Assembly (NCBI GenBank): GCA_973895155.1
Contig: OZ316892.1
Location: 27,738,307 to 27,802,306 of the forward strand
Direction: 5' to 3'
Length of the DNA stretch: 64,000 nt
From: Marsupella aquatica
Taxonomy: Eukaryota > Plantae > Marchantiophyta
The translations under genes and the position numbers were made by a program. The notes beneath the pieces are model-generated. The model made no database searches, was not told the origin of the DNA, and worked only from the letters and a program-made list of their open reading frames with translations. Of the stretch, positions 39,816 to 51,151 are shown one piece after another (the stretch's first letter is position 1; every line of letters begins with the position of its first letter).

Positions 39816-41048
39816 AGAGAATCAAACAAGGGTTGTATAGGAGTACGTATTCGTATCCAACAGAGAAAATTCAGATTACAATATTCTATGAAAACAACTA
39901 CTCAATACTGAACGAACCTCAAAGTAATCGCGAGAAATGAAGATGAAAAATAGATGCGAGCTCTTCCTTTTATAGTTTTCGGGGGCATTGGACATGTGGC
40001 ATTCCCTAATTGGTCTGTACAAGGGTTTTTTCACGTGAGAGTCTGTCTTTTCAAAGAATGCTGAAATTTAAATTGTAGATTTTCGAGGAAGTCGCCGTGG
40101 ATCCCAGTTGGACTTCAAACTGGAATATCAAGGTATGCCATGCAAAAACTTTTATCCCATCTAGTATTCAACCTTTTAAACCGTATCCCATCTAGTATTC
40201 ATCCTCCTTTATAAAACTTTTATCCCATCTAGTATCCCGATCAGTTTTTGGACTTGCAAAAAAAATGGGATCCATGGATCTCAGTTGGTATTCATGTCGA
40301 AAGATATCCTGATGCAAAGTTGCAAGTGGAAAACATTGAGGTTGAATACGATAGTGGATACTTGGATCCCATCTCGTATTCATCATGCGTTATGGGCTAA
40401 AAATTTTCCGGACATGTCGTCGGGTTAACTTAACTAACTGTGTAGTTCGACTGTAGTCCGCTGTCAGTTTTTGGTAGTTTGCAATTTTACCGCAGTTAAA
40501 AATTCAAATATTTTTAACCCGAGGTTAAATGGAAGCGTCAAGAGAATGATTTGGTGTGGTTTTCGTCCATGTTCAATGGTTGAATCCGAAATGGGATACG
40601 CCGTATCCCATTTTTAGTTTGCCATTTTGATGGCAAAAATGAAATCTTGTGTTTTACTCGTTTTGTTTGACACTCGGATTTAGCTTTTAGAAGGATCACG
40701 TGAAAAGCATTGTTTTTCCAGGTTTTGGAATTTGCACTTTTTTTAGATGAAGTGTATCGGAATTCTGGATTGTGACAGTTCTGTGTTTTTGCGTCGACAA
40801 TATCTCGATATGAAATCCGATGTTGGATGTGATTTTGGATTCATCCTCAAAATAGCGTTTTTGATCTTAATTTTAGTGATTTTTTGCCATTTTTCGCGAA
40901 ATCGAAAACACACTTCTCGTTTGGTGGTCATACTTCTCGTTTGGTCCGTCACTGTGTTCTAAGGGTTAACTAGAACTAAGCCGTAGCCTAATAGGAATGA
41001 GTAATCCATATACAAATAGTCACACATTGCTAAATAACTCTACTTGTA

Positions 41049-41763
41049 CTACAACTGCAAAACCTGCAAAGTAGCACGGTGTCTTGAGAAACTCTCTAAA
41101 GGAATCACTTTGGTAAAGGCATCAGCGAGATTGAGCTTTCCATCAATCTTGACTAGCTCAAAAATTTTATCAGACACTGCTTGCCTAATAAAATGGTACC
41201 TGATATCAATGTGCTTCACCCTGCTATCCATCACCTGGTTAGCAGCCAAGTGAAAAGCACTCTAACTATCACAATTTAGAGTCATTTTGCCATGCTCTAA
41301 ACCCATCTCCGCGATCAACTTATCCAACCAAATTGCTTCCTTTGCTACTTTTGCTGCTGCAACATATTCTGCTTCTGTAGTAGAGTGAGATCTACACTTC
41401 TGCAAAGTAGATTTCCAACTGATACATCCTCTTCCAAGAGTAAAAACAAACCCAATTGTAGACCTCCTTGTATCCAGACAGCCTCCATAGTCAGAATCTA
41501 CATAGCCAACTAATGTTCTATCTGATATGTTATCAAATAGTAATCCATAGTCCTGTGTACCCTTCAGATACCTGAGAATCCACTTCACAGCTTCCCAATG
41601 TACCTTCCCTGGATTTGACATGAATCTGCTAACCTTGTCCATCGATAGGGCCAAGTCAGGCCTAGTACAAGTCATCAAATACATCAGACCTTTCTCCACA
41701 CCTGCCTTCTCATATGGAATCTTAGCCATCAGACCTTTCTCCACAGCATCCGTAGGAGAGAAA
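41049..41763 (-). pseudogene. Copia pol remnant: end of RT + RNase H
   Basis: LMYLMTCTRPDLA, HWEAVKWILRYLKGT, GYVDSDYGG, WKSTLQ...STTEAEYVAA, CDS*SA, RVKHIDIRYHFIR, NLADAFTK. Confidence 0.95.
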
Positions 41764-43725
41764 CTCGGGGGGTTGACTATCAAAAATCTTAGGAATCACG
41801 TGCGATCTAGAATAGGTATTTTTGGCAGATTTTAAATAAATTTTTAAAAAGCGTAGGAGGCAAAAGAAGGTATTATAAACTCATGTTTATAGAATATTCT
41901 TTAATATATACCCTTTATAAAGTAAAATAGGTTATTAATATTGAAAATAGAGAATATTCTTGGAATATTTTCTTTTTAAAATAGGTCTATTTATATTAGG
42001 CTAGGATCGCACATGGTATCCCATAAACTCACGTGGAAAAAATTGCACGGCTGCAAAGCAGCCGTTTACATTCGCGCCTGGCAGGAAGTTAGGGCGCCTA
42101 CAAATGCGCCGGCCGGCGCTGCATAGCCGGTAGCAACAGTCGAGAGCACGGGAATCGAATGACGGGGTATGAGGCGGCCGGGTGTCACACAAAAATTTCA
42201 CACTATAGTAACCTTAAAAACAAAACGCCACCCAAAGCAAAAATGATACTCTTGCCTTGTCATTTGCTTGAGAAGAGTGACCACCGCCGACGGGTAAAGT
42301 TGATGAATTGTGCTGGTACAATCTGCAGCCCCAGCTCAGTGAAAAATTCCGCTGCATCGTGTTCACTCCGCGTCAAGTGCCAATCTTGGGCTCAAAACGA
42401 CCGCCTCGCCGCGGTCAAACTGTTGAGCCATAGTACTTTGCGTTTCTTCCACCGAGTCGGACGTTGTTGTAAAGAAATGAGTTTTGGAGTTAGAATACCT
42501 CACATAGAGTTTCTCACTCTATTAGACATTATTAAAAATTAAATAAAAATAAATAGTGTGACTTTAAATAGTAGTCATTTATAAATTATTAGATATAATA
42601 GACCAAAATCATAGAATAGGTAAAAATAAAATAGTATACCAAAATAATAGTATACCAAATGAGTATAGTAGACCAAATGAGTATAGTAGACCAAATGAGT
42701 ATAGTAGGCCAAGATAATAGAATAGGACAAAAATAAGATAGTGTACCAAAATGACTAGCAAATTGTGGATAGTCCACTTTACAATATAGTGTGCTAAGAT
42801 AGTGGGCAAAAAAGTGGGCTAGCAAATTGTGGATAGTCCACTTTACAAAACAGTGTGCTAAGATAGTGGGCAAAATAAGGGGCTAGCAAATTGTGGATAG
42901 TCCACTTTATAAAATAGTGTGCTAAGATAGTGGGCAAAAAAGTGGGCTAGCAAATTGTGGGTGGTCAACATTTCAAAGTATAAATAGAAGGGAACTTGCT
43001 TCCCATAGAGCATTGTGTTCCCACTATTGAGAGTGGAGTCCATGGTTTGCCGCCGGTTTTCATGATGGAAGGAATTGAGGATTTTTCTTATGGTCATGGA
43101 GGGCTATGCCACCACTTGAGCACCTTAAGTTAAATACTCAAATCTGGCAAGGACGGTTATGTCACCTGTATCAAGGATATATTATCAAAGGTTAACTTGT
43201 ACCTTAGGTTTAGCTATTCCCATAGATTGTGAATGATGTTGCATGGGTTGCCAAGAGTGCATAGATCGTCGGGAGTGGTTGTCAACCCATTTTTGATTAT
43301 ATTACATTGTTTAGATAAAAATGTAATGCGTCAAACGCTTATGTATCAATTTGATATAGATTTTGCCACCATGGTTATGAATTCAAATATTCCACTCATA
43401 TATCCCGTAGTTACTTATGAAGAAGAGTGGGTGTGTACTATCTATATTTTGTATTAGAAAAGATGGATTTGAATCAGGTCCCAAGTCCAATCTTAAATTT
43501 GATGTCTTCCTTGAGTCTAAAGATTATTATGCGAAGGAAGATAGCGTGTAGGAAAATCTTAATAAGAAAGTTTGGAGAAGAGTCGTATAATGTTATAGTA
43601 TCTTCGGAAGAACCTCTAATACTTTACGGGGATCATCCAAGGGGAACTTTAAGTATTTTTGTGCTTGTATAGTTCAGGTGAGTAGTTGTATTTGCACAGG
43701 CAGCAAGGCCCAGTGCCTCTCGAGT
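41764..43725. mobile_element. Insertion beginning with the 26117 MITE family end, replacing Copia gag-PR-IN-RT
   Basis: 41764-42022 is the reverse complement of most of 26117-26403, starting at ctcggggggttgacta; followed by unrelated sequence with 18-bp and ~63-bp tandem repeats (42650-42960); right boundary uncertain. Confidence 0.65.
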
Positions 43726-44207
43726 AGTTTAAAACCCCAAGACAACGTCACGAAGAGAAACCCGGTTCAGATGAGAACAAGCTCCAAAGCTTGTGAAAAA
43801 ACCTGAACGCCTCCGTCACTTGTCACGTCACACTCGGTAACAACTCGGCAGCAATCCAACTACCAAAATGACCAGCTCGCATCAACCTTCAACATGAGCT
43901 ATAATGTGCGATCCCTCCCATACCGCACAGCTCACACCGTTGAAAAATGCGAACTCTGGTCTCTCCACCGAAATACCGTCAAACACGAATAAACCCTGAA
44001 CGACGCAAACTTCAATTCCTCCACACCACGGATACTGATCAGCGAGTTCTAACCACCGTTAGAAAGCCCTCTCACTAACCTATCCGCTCAGCCATACACA
44101 TTCGAGTTTCATGCGACGAAACTCCAAATGTACCATCGACAATGAACCCTGGAAAAAACTTGTCACAAAAAAACCTCGTCACCTCCTAGGCATGCTCTGA
44201 TACCACT

Positions 44208-44555
44208 TGTTGAGTATAGTCGACATTCGTAACGGCAAGCCCATGAACCATCCAACGCACAATAGTCGACACAGAGAGAGACGTGGTTCACCTCCACATG
44301 AGGCTACGTCCACGGGAACACACAAGAGCTTTACTGCACTCTAGGCCGACCGGCCATACCAAGCATCCACAGCACAAGCTCTCTCTATCTCTCAACTAGC
44401 TCCGTAACAATGAGCCTAAGTTCCACCAGGGTCTGGCATTAGCCCTGGCTATATGCACAATAGCACTACCGCTAACATTAGCTAAGTCCTAACCCAAGTT
44501 AGACTAACTGTGGTTAGCTCATGAGTCACAAAACTAGTAAGAGCAATATCTAACA
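44208..44555 (-). repeat. 5' LTR of the Copia element
   Basis: Adjacent to the PBS; matches 27416-27760. Confidence 0.95.
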
Positions 44556-45120
44556 TTTGAAACCAGATCAATGTCTGATCAAATAAATTGTATTGAATTC
44601 ATTGAGTTCAAGTTCCAACCATAGCTGGCAGTTTGCCTGAATTGCAAAAGGCTAGAAATCTTTCTCCATGTGCTAGTTACCCTTTAACAAGGTAGTTATC
44701 AAGTTAGTTATTAGTCATTGTTTATTATATAAAAAATACTTTTCAAATCTTTGAATTTAATTTTTAAAACTGGAGATGTAACTAAAACGGTTACATAGTG
44801 ATAGTTTTACTCGTCTTGCTCTTTGCATTTCTAAATTTTTATATTTCTTTTTACGGCATGGCGTCCCAAAATTTACACCCAAATTGACACAAACATGAAT
44901 GAAAATTGTAAGTTTGATTCACAAAATCGACGAGTCTTGTTTGTTGCAGTTGTTATTGACGTGGCACGCTCTGGTGCCAGGAATTCTGGAAGGGACCTCT
45001 CATGGGGTCCGTAATGATAACTTGTTATTACTAATCAATGTATTTTCACAATCAAGATCTTATGCTTCGAATTAATATAAAGCAAAATGATAACTAGCCT
45101 CATCAAACAATCTACAACTA

Positions 45121-46065
45121 TCTACTATTATAACAACGAATCTTGCCATTTCTGTCCATAGTTTGGTTACAAAAGTAGGGAAGGTTACAAAAGTGAAAAA
45201 AGTAGGGAACCGTGCTCAGCCATTAGATATTTTCTAGAATTGTTGGATTATTGGAGTCTTTTGGATTGAGTGAGATGGGTAAGGTTCTAATTTATAATTC
45301 AAAATAAATATAATATGTAGTAGAGTATTTGAATATGTTATTGTAGTTATATATTGTAGCTTGCTTATAAGTACTTTTTGGCATGGAGCATTAAAGTGAA
45401 AATAGATTATTTTATGGTCTATCTAGAGTACATTTTGGCATGAAAATGAAAATATATTGACTCCATATAATGGTTTTTGTCATGGAGCTACCACTAAGGG
45501 GAAGTACCTAAGTATAGTAGATTGATATTAAATTATTTTGGCTTTTGCTCTTAAAAAAGAGATTTAATTGTTTGGAGGTTAATAGTCTTTTCTTCCCATT
45601 TTTTAACTCTTTTTAATGGTGTTAAAGGGAAGGAAAAGGGCGAAGAGGAATTGACGAGGCACTAAGGGGGCAAGCGGAGAAAGCAAGGAAAGAAAGGGAG
45701 AGGATGGGAGAGGGGGGAAATAGGGAGGCCAGAAAATATTGGGTACAAAATAAATCATGGGTTGAATAGATGTGGTGGTCGTTATCTTGCGACTCTAATT
45801 TCTATGTGCAATGCACTTGTCATTAAACACCACCACAATGACTTTACCTTTACTCTCATCAACGTCTTTTTTTGCCTCAACATCTTTACCTCACTTCCTT
45901 ATCTTTGCCTCTCCTTGACATCTTGCCCTTGCCTCGACATCTTTCACTCACCTCCCTATCTTTTCCACACCTTGACATCTTGCCCTCACCTGAACATCTT
46001 TGTCTTTCCTTGACATATTGCTCTCACCTCAAAATCTTTCATGCAACGCACGGGCATCAGGCTAG
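45121..46065 (+). mobile_element. Non-autonomous Helitron, same family as 24658-26625
   Basis: A|TCTACTATTATAACAACGAAT start; ATGCAACGCACGGGCATCAGGCTAG|T end; shared internal blocks such as gcatggagcattaaagtg. Confidence 0.8.
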
Positions 46066-46389
46066 TTCAAGATGAAAGACAACTTTGAGACATGAGCCCT
46101 CCCTTACTAACTGCCTGCCCTGTGATAACTTGCCTCAGCCACAATTTAAGAGGAAAGACAACTTTGAGACATGAGCCTTCCTTACTTACTGCCTTCCCTC
46201 TACCTGCACCGCCCATCATTTCTCACACTTTTTTTAAGTGTGGCAAGGTGGTGAATAAATCGCCCTTTTGGGTGGGATGAATGGCAAAAATAGTCTTCAC
46301 CAGCAAGATTCAAACCTGAGTACCTGCCCAATCCCAATGAGCTACTGTACCAGTCGCGGAACTCGACTGCCCTACCACTCAACTCTGGC

Positions 46390-46630
46390 GTTGAGACTCC
46401 AACAGATGGCAATGTCATACATTCTACACCAAGCATAATTGTCACACGGACCTCTTGAATGACCACTTCTACTTAAGCAGATACTAACACAATGGAACCC
46501 AGCTGAAATAAAACAAATGGGGCATTGGCACTGGACAGTTCTCAAATCTCTCAAAGAGCCAAGCTAAGAGTGCTTGCAAAGCCATGGTCACAAAACTGCC
46601 AACGATGCAAGAGCTTCAGCTATAGCAGCC
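46390..46630 (-). pseudogene. Orphan third copy of the exon-1/intron-1 block shared by the uL29c and bL27m genes
   Basis: gagagatttgagaactgtccagtgcc...agaagtggtcattcaagag matches RPL29 intron 1; tagaatgtatgacattgccatctgttggagtct matches RPL27 intron 1. Confidence 0.7.
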
Positions 46631-46639
46631 CCTGTGATT

Positions 46640-48085
46640 CAATTTGATGCACCACAGAAACTATGGGAGACCGCATGAGATTTCATCTCAGGTAGAACTT
46701 TTCTAGGAAGAAAAGGCAACCAGATGGTCCCAAACATGATACGAGACACAGACAAGAAGGAAAAGTTAATTATGTTAAAGGCAAAAGGACAAAAATGCCA
46801 AACCAGGAGAGAGAGGGTCCCAAAGGCAAAGTACCGCAATAAAGGGAGGGAAAAAAAACCCCATAAAAGACCAAAGAGGCCCAACTAGCCAAGGGGTTCC
46901 CCCCCCCCCCCCCAACCAAGAGGGAATAACCAACCAAAGAAACCACAAGGTGGCCTAGGGTACTAACACCCTACTGGGTAGAGAACTGAAAAGTCTGGTA
47001 GAGCTTTGAAGTAAACCGCATAGGAGAGTTTAGGGTTTAGGGTTTACGAAATGGAATCTGTCTGGAGGCTCTAGAACCAACTGCCTCGGCTCGATGAAGT
47101 ATAGTGAATGACTGAGCCCTCTAAAGTGCCACGGACACCCTCTGTCGAAAGAAAACGGTGAAAATAGAGACAGGGAAATAAGGCCTATGCTCAATACAAA
47201 AAATTGCAAAACCCCAAAGGAACTGGTCAAACGTAAGGTGCAATACACCAAAAACCTCACGAGCGAAATGGTAGAACAAATCCCCAGGATAACAAACTAC
47301 ATAGATCTCCTCCATGAGTGAAAGAGATTTAGGGTACAATATACTCCCGTGTTTGGAGGTATCTGCTTGATGGACCCCAAACCGAACTTTTCTCCCCAAT
47401 TATCTCCATGAGCTTTTGGGTACATTGATTTGAGGCCTCTCAATGGTCAGGATCACTCAAGGGTCTCATCAAGTAATACTTCATTTTGAGGGTAGCATAT
47501 ACTTCCTAGTGTTTGGGGTTGGTTTGGCCAGGTAGAAATGGGGGTGCCTCCCATGCTTGGGGGTATGACCTACTGGAGTGTTTAAACTGGGCTTTGCCAA
47601 GGACGGCAATTGGGGTGTTGCCCATCCTACGGGCTGTTGGGTTTTGCCAGGTATTCATATTCATATTTTAGTTTTTTATGTCAAAACTTTGCTGTGCAAA
47701 CACCACCCTAGGGGGGAAGGTGACAAGGCGAACATATTGAGAGAGCCCTGCCACGTGCTCATATTGGGGGTTCCTCCCATACTTCAAGTGGTATTGGATT
47801 GATTGGTTTTGGGGGTGCTACCTAAACTCAAGTGGTATTGGGTATTGCCAGGTAATGTTATTGGGGCCTCCCGTAGCTCAAGCAGTACTCTATACTAGGG
47901 TTTGCCAGGTAATGTTCAAGCTGACTCCCATGGTTCGAGTGGTGCTAGGTTTTGGCTGGTAATGCTATTGGGGTGATATTGAAGGTACCCCCCACACATA
48001 GTTTAAGTGGTATAGGGTTTTGCCAGGTAATGTTATTGGAGTGGTATTGGAGATGCCTCCCGTATTTCTGTGGCGCAACTAAATG
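46640..48085. mobile_element. Possible degenerate non-autonomous TIR element
   Basis: Imperfect inverted ends ...ccacagaaactatgggag / ctcccgtatttctgtgg...; internal repeats ttgccaggtaatgtt; no clear TSD. Confidence 0.4.
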
Positions 48086-48674
48086 ATACAGAACCTCTTA
48101 CCATCCACTAATAGGATTTCCATGTCTCACTCTCTCCTTGTGTTACTTCCAGTGGAGTGATCATCTTTGAGACAAGAGAAAAGTGGAAACTCACAGATAT
48201 TCATCCGAAGGATCTTGTGGACCAGAAACGTCTTGAATATCCACCATCCCCCGCACACACACATTGCCAAAAACATCACCATGTCTTGACCTAACGTTTC
48301 CGGGAGACCCACTTTAAAGCCCCCAAATTCCCTCCCACTCAAACAAATTGTCGCATGGTTGTCATGCAGTAAGACGATACTAAGTATGAGCAATCTGTAT
48401 CAAGAAAATGTTTTATGCTTTGAATAGATGGGGGAAAGAAAATGAGACTTCAGGTGAAAAAGAAGGGGAGGAATCTCACTGAAAATAAGCTCAGCTTGCA
48501 GTTATCAAGCAGCCATTTCTTTACCATGCACCATTACACCCTTGGGACATGGCCAATTTGACAAATGACCACATGACAAATGCTGCCTTTATGTAATAAG
48601 AAAGACCCGAACTGAAGTACGAAATTTGCGCGCCAACTAATGAAAGAATTGAGAGCAGGATGAAATCCCTGCAC

Positions 48675-49732
48675 CTAGCTCGATTTGTTTAAAGATTCAA
48701 GTGAAGCTGGTGGCCTAATCACAACATTTTTCTTCCATTCCCGATCCAGCTTCCGTGATTCCCTCATGGAGATTCCTTTCTCAATCTCCCTTTCACGACG
48801 AACCGTCAACATCCTTGCAATCTGCGCCAGCCCCAACATTGTTGATGTAAGTCACAGTCCTAGCTCACAAAACAAAACGAGCCAATAATGACAGGCTTGG
48901 ATCTGGAAAATCTCAGTTAAAATGTCGCCTGCTTCCAACCAACAAATTCCAATGAAAACCCTACCTGCTTACGAATTTTGCGGAAGTCGCTGCTATTGTA
49001 CTCCTGTCTTGTAGCTTGCTTGCATCGCAGAACGAAGAGCTCTCCCTTCAGATCCGTGACTGTCTGTCCAATACTTTCCTCGGTCATTTGCCTAATTTCC
49101 ACAAGTTGTTGCTCTCTTTTCGCCATGGCCGAAACTTGAAGGGACTTCCATTGGGGAGCTCTTGCAGCTATTGGAGCCACCTGAATCCTGGCCCCTCCGT
49201 TGAAGGCTCTCCCGCTGCTACTGACCTTCAGCCACACACAGATTCCCGAGACAGTGAGGGCTCTAGAAAAACAACAGTTGCTTCCTTCCGTCTGACTGTC
49301 TACATGGCATAACTTGCTTCTCAGATAGTCAATAAATGCTGACAAAATAATTGACAAACGCAAGAAAAGAGATCTCTCAGCTTCTACATAGATACTCCAG
49401 AAGCAGAGCCCAGCAAGTCCGACCAACAGGGAAATCTATCGACCAAAACGCCCACATTACGACTAAAGCAACCTCGGAACATCAAGTATTGAAGCATAAT
49501 TATCACGCAGACCACAGAAAAGCTTCTCTTGAATGACCACTTCTGCTTAAAAGATACGAATACAATGGAACCCAGCTAAAATGGAACAAATGGGGCACCG
49601 GCACCGGACAGTCCTCGAATCTCTCAAAGAGCGCTCGCTATGGCCTTCCATCGAAATCCATACCTGGGTTGCCTGCAGGGCACCGACGGATGCGAGAGCA
49701 GTACCAACGATCGTAGCTGAAATCGCGGCCAT
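48675..49732 (-). CDS. RPL29: Plastid 50S ribosomal protein uL29c; exons 49732-49664, 49225-48965, 48821-48675 (158 aa)
   Basis: Transit-peptide-like N-terminus, then MAKREQQLVEIRQMT...DLKGELFVLR...FRKIRKQIARMLTVRREREI...RKLDREWKKNVVIRPP. Confidence 0.95.
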
Positions 49733-50364
49733 CTCCAAGAACAAGAACAGCTCCAACGAAATGGTAACAGAATCGCAATCCCTGACCCGCCCTGCTCTGC
49801 TCCGCAAAGACTCGTCGCTCAGCTGATTCTCTTGCTTCTACTGTACCATTCCGCTCAACAGTTGATTCGCTCCCAACACCGTCGAGAAACGAAGCTTCAG
49901 CCTCCTCCTTCTCTCCAGGCAACCAGTCCGCCAAAAGTCCCCGAATGTCAACACTCAACAACAACCTGTTCCTCTCTTGAATAACAATCCGGATCCCTAA
50001 CTCTCGCTCTGCCAAAATCTCGAGCAGAAGCGAAACGCCAAAAAATCTTATTCCCAACTCTTTCCCCCTGTCAATATCTCCTCCAAAACAGAAATTTCCC
50101 GCCTGGTACAAAGAATCGAACCGGTCGTCGAAAGGCCTGCTCTCTTCTCCGCGTCAAGCAATCCGTCCTCCAGCTACAGAACCGATACTCAATCAAATCC
50201 AGAGACAACAAGAGCTACTGGATCGGTGGAACACGAGCTTCTCCTCCAACAATCGATGCGCCTGCGCTCTCCGTCCCCTCCACCTCCTCTTCCGCCCCTG
50301 CCGAGTGGAAACACGAAAAGTGAGCTCCACCGTGGATAAGGGGATAAGGGGAGGGGAGGGGATG

Positions 50365-50740
50365 GGAGCCTCGGTCCGAGGCAGGGAAGGAGGTCCGACA
50401 AGGAACGGGGAAGGCAGACCGGGACCATTGCCGTTCGATCAGGGTACCTTGTGTCCGTCTCGGCAGCGGAGGGTCCAGATCTGGAGAAAGGAGCCTCGGT
50501 CCGAGGCATGGAGGAAGGTCTGGCAAGGAACGGGATAGGAATTCCGGGCCCATTGCCGTTCGATCAGAGTACGGTGAGTGTACCGAGGAAGTGGAGGGCC
50601 CAGATCTGGAGAGAGGAGCCTCGGTCCGAGCGAGGCAGGGAGGGAGGTCTGGCAAGGAACGGGAAAGGAAGACCGGGCCCATCCCGTTGCCGTTCGATCA
50701 GGTAAGCTGACGCGTCAGCGAAGGGTCCAGATCTGGTCTC
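50365..50740. repeat. GC-rich ~125-bp tandem repeat (3 copies) upstream of RPL29
   Basis: ggagcctcggtccgag...gcaaggaacggg...ttgccgttcgatcag...ccagatctgg occurs three times. Confidence 0.88.
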
Positions 50741-50847
50741 TGCCCTTCTTTGCGCGCCGGGAATGGACGAGGACTAGAGGAGCATTCTGGATATTCGGGT
50801 CCTGCGATCGTACCGTAAATGAAGGTTTGGTGATAATTGCGTATCAA

Positions 50848-51151
50848 TAGACCGTCTCAAACTTAAGCATTTGGAATTCCGAATGGCACCCGGGATTTCA
50901 CACTCGCGGGCCGCCCGGATCAGGTGATCGGCCCACCGATTTGGTGACCGGAAAGTTTTTACCGGGTTTTTTTGGTTACAATTTTGCTTTGGAAAAACCC
51001 CGTGCCGGGACTCCTTTTAGGTGCGAGGTAAAGTTCAGACCCCGGTTTTTTGGGACCCGATATTGGGTACCGGTGTTCAATATCGGGCGGCGACCAGAGA
51101 CATTCGGGTGACCGGAAGGAGTCCTAGAACGCGCAGGGTTGAGACGCCCTA
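50848..51151. mobile_element. Possible hAT-like MITE remnant
   Basis: Inverted ends tagaccgtctcaa / ttgagacgcccta with many ccgg/ccggg subterminal motifs; TSD not evident. Confidence 0.4.

Larger units (their letters stand above)
27884..40956. mobile_element. 13-kb cargo-carrying TIR DNA transposon inserted in the Copia 3' region
   Basis: 33-bp TIRs CACAGTGACGGACCAAACGAGAAGT(G/A)TGACCAC at 27884-27916 and 40924-40956 (1 mismatch); AGGGTTAAC duplicated at 27870-27878 and 40962-40970; encloses transposase and cargo ORFs. Confidence 0.9.
27416..44555 (-). mobile_element. Ty1/Copia LTR retrotransposon, internally deleted, with nested insertions
   Basis: Near-identical TG...CA LTRs at 27416-27760 and 44208-44555; TSD TTTGA on both sides; tRNA-iMet PBS (TGGTATCAGAGC) at 44194-44205; PPT at ~27761-27770; RT/RNase H remnant. 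Confidence 0.95.

Noticed and set aside
43000-43700. Possible degenerate MULE-like transposase fragment on the minus strand (PLPTIYALL)
   Set aside because: Too many stops and too little motif evidence to call
50189-50850. Pro/Arg-rich ORFs of 100-155 aa
   Set aside because: They derive from the GC-rich 125-bp tandem repeat
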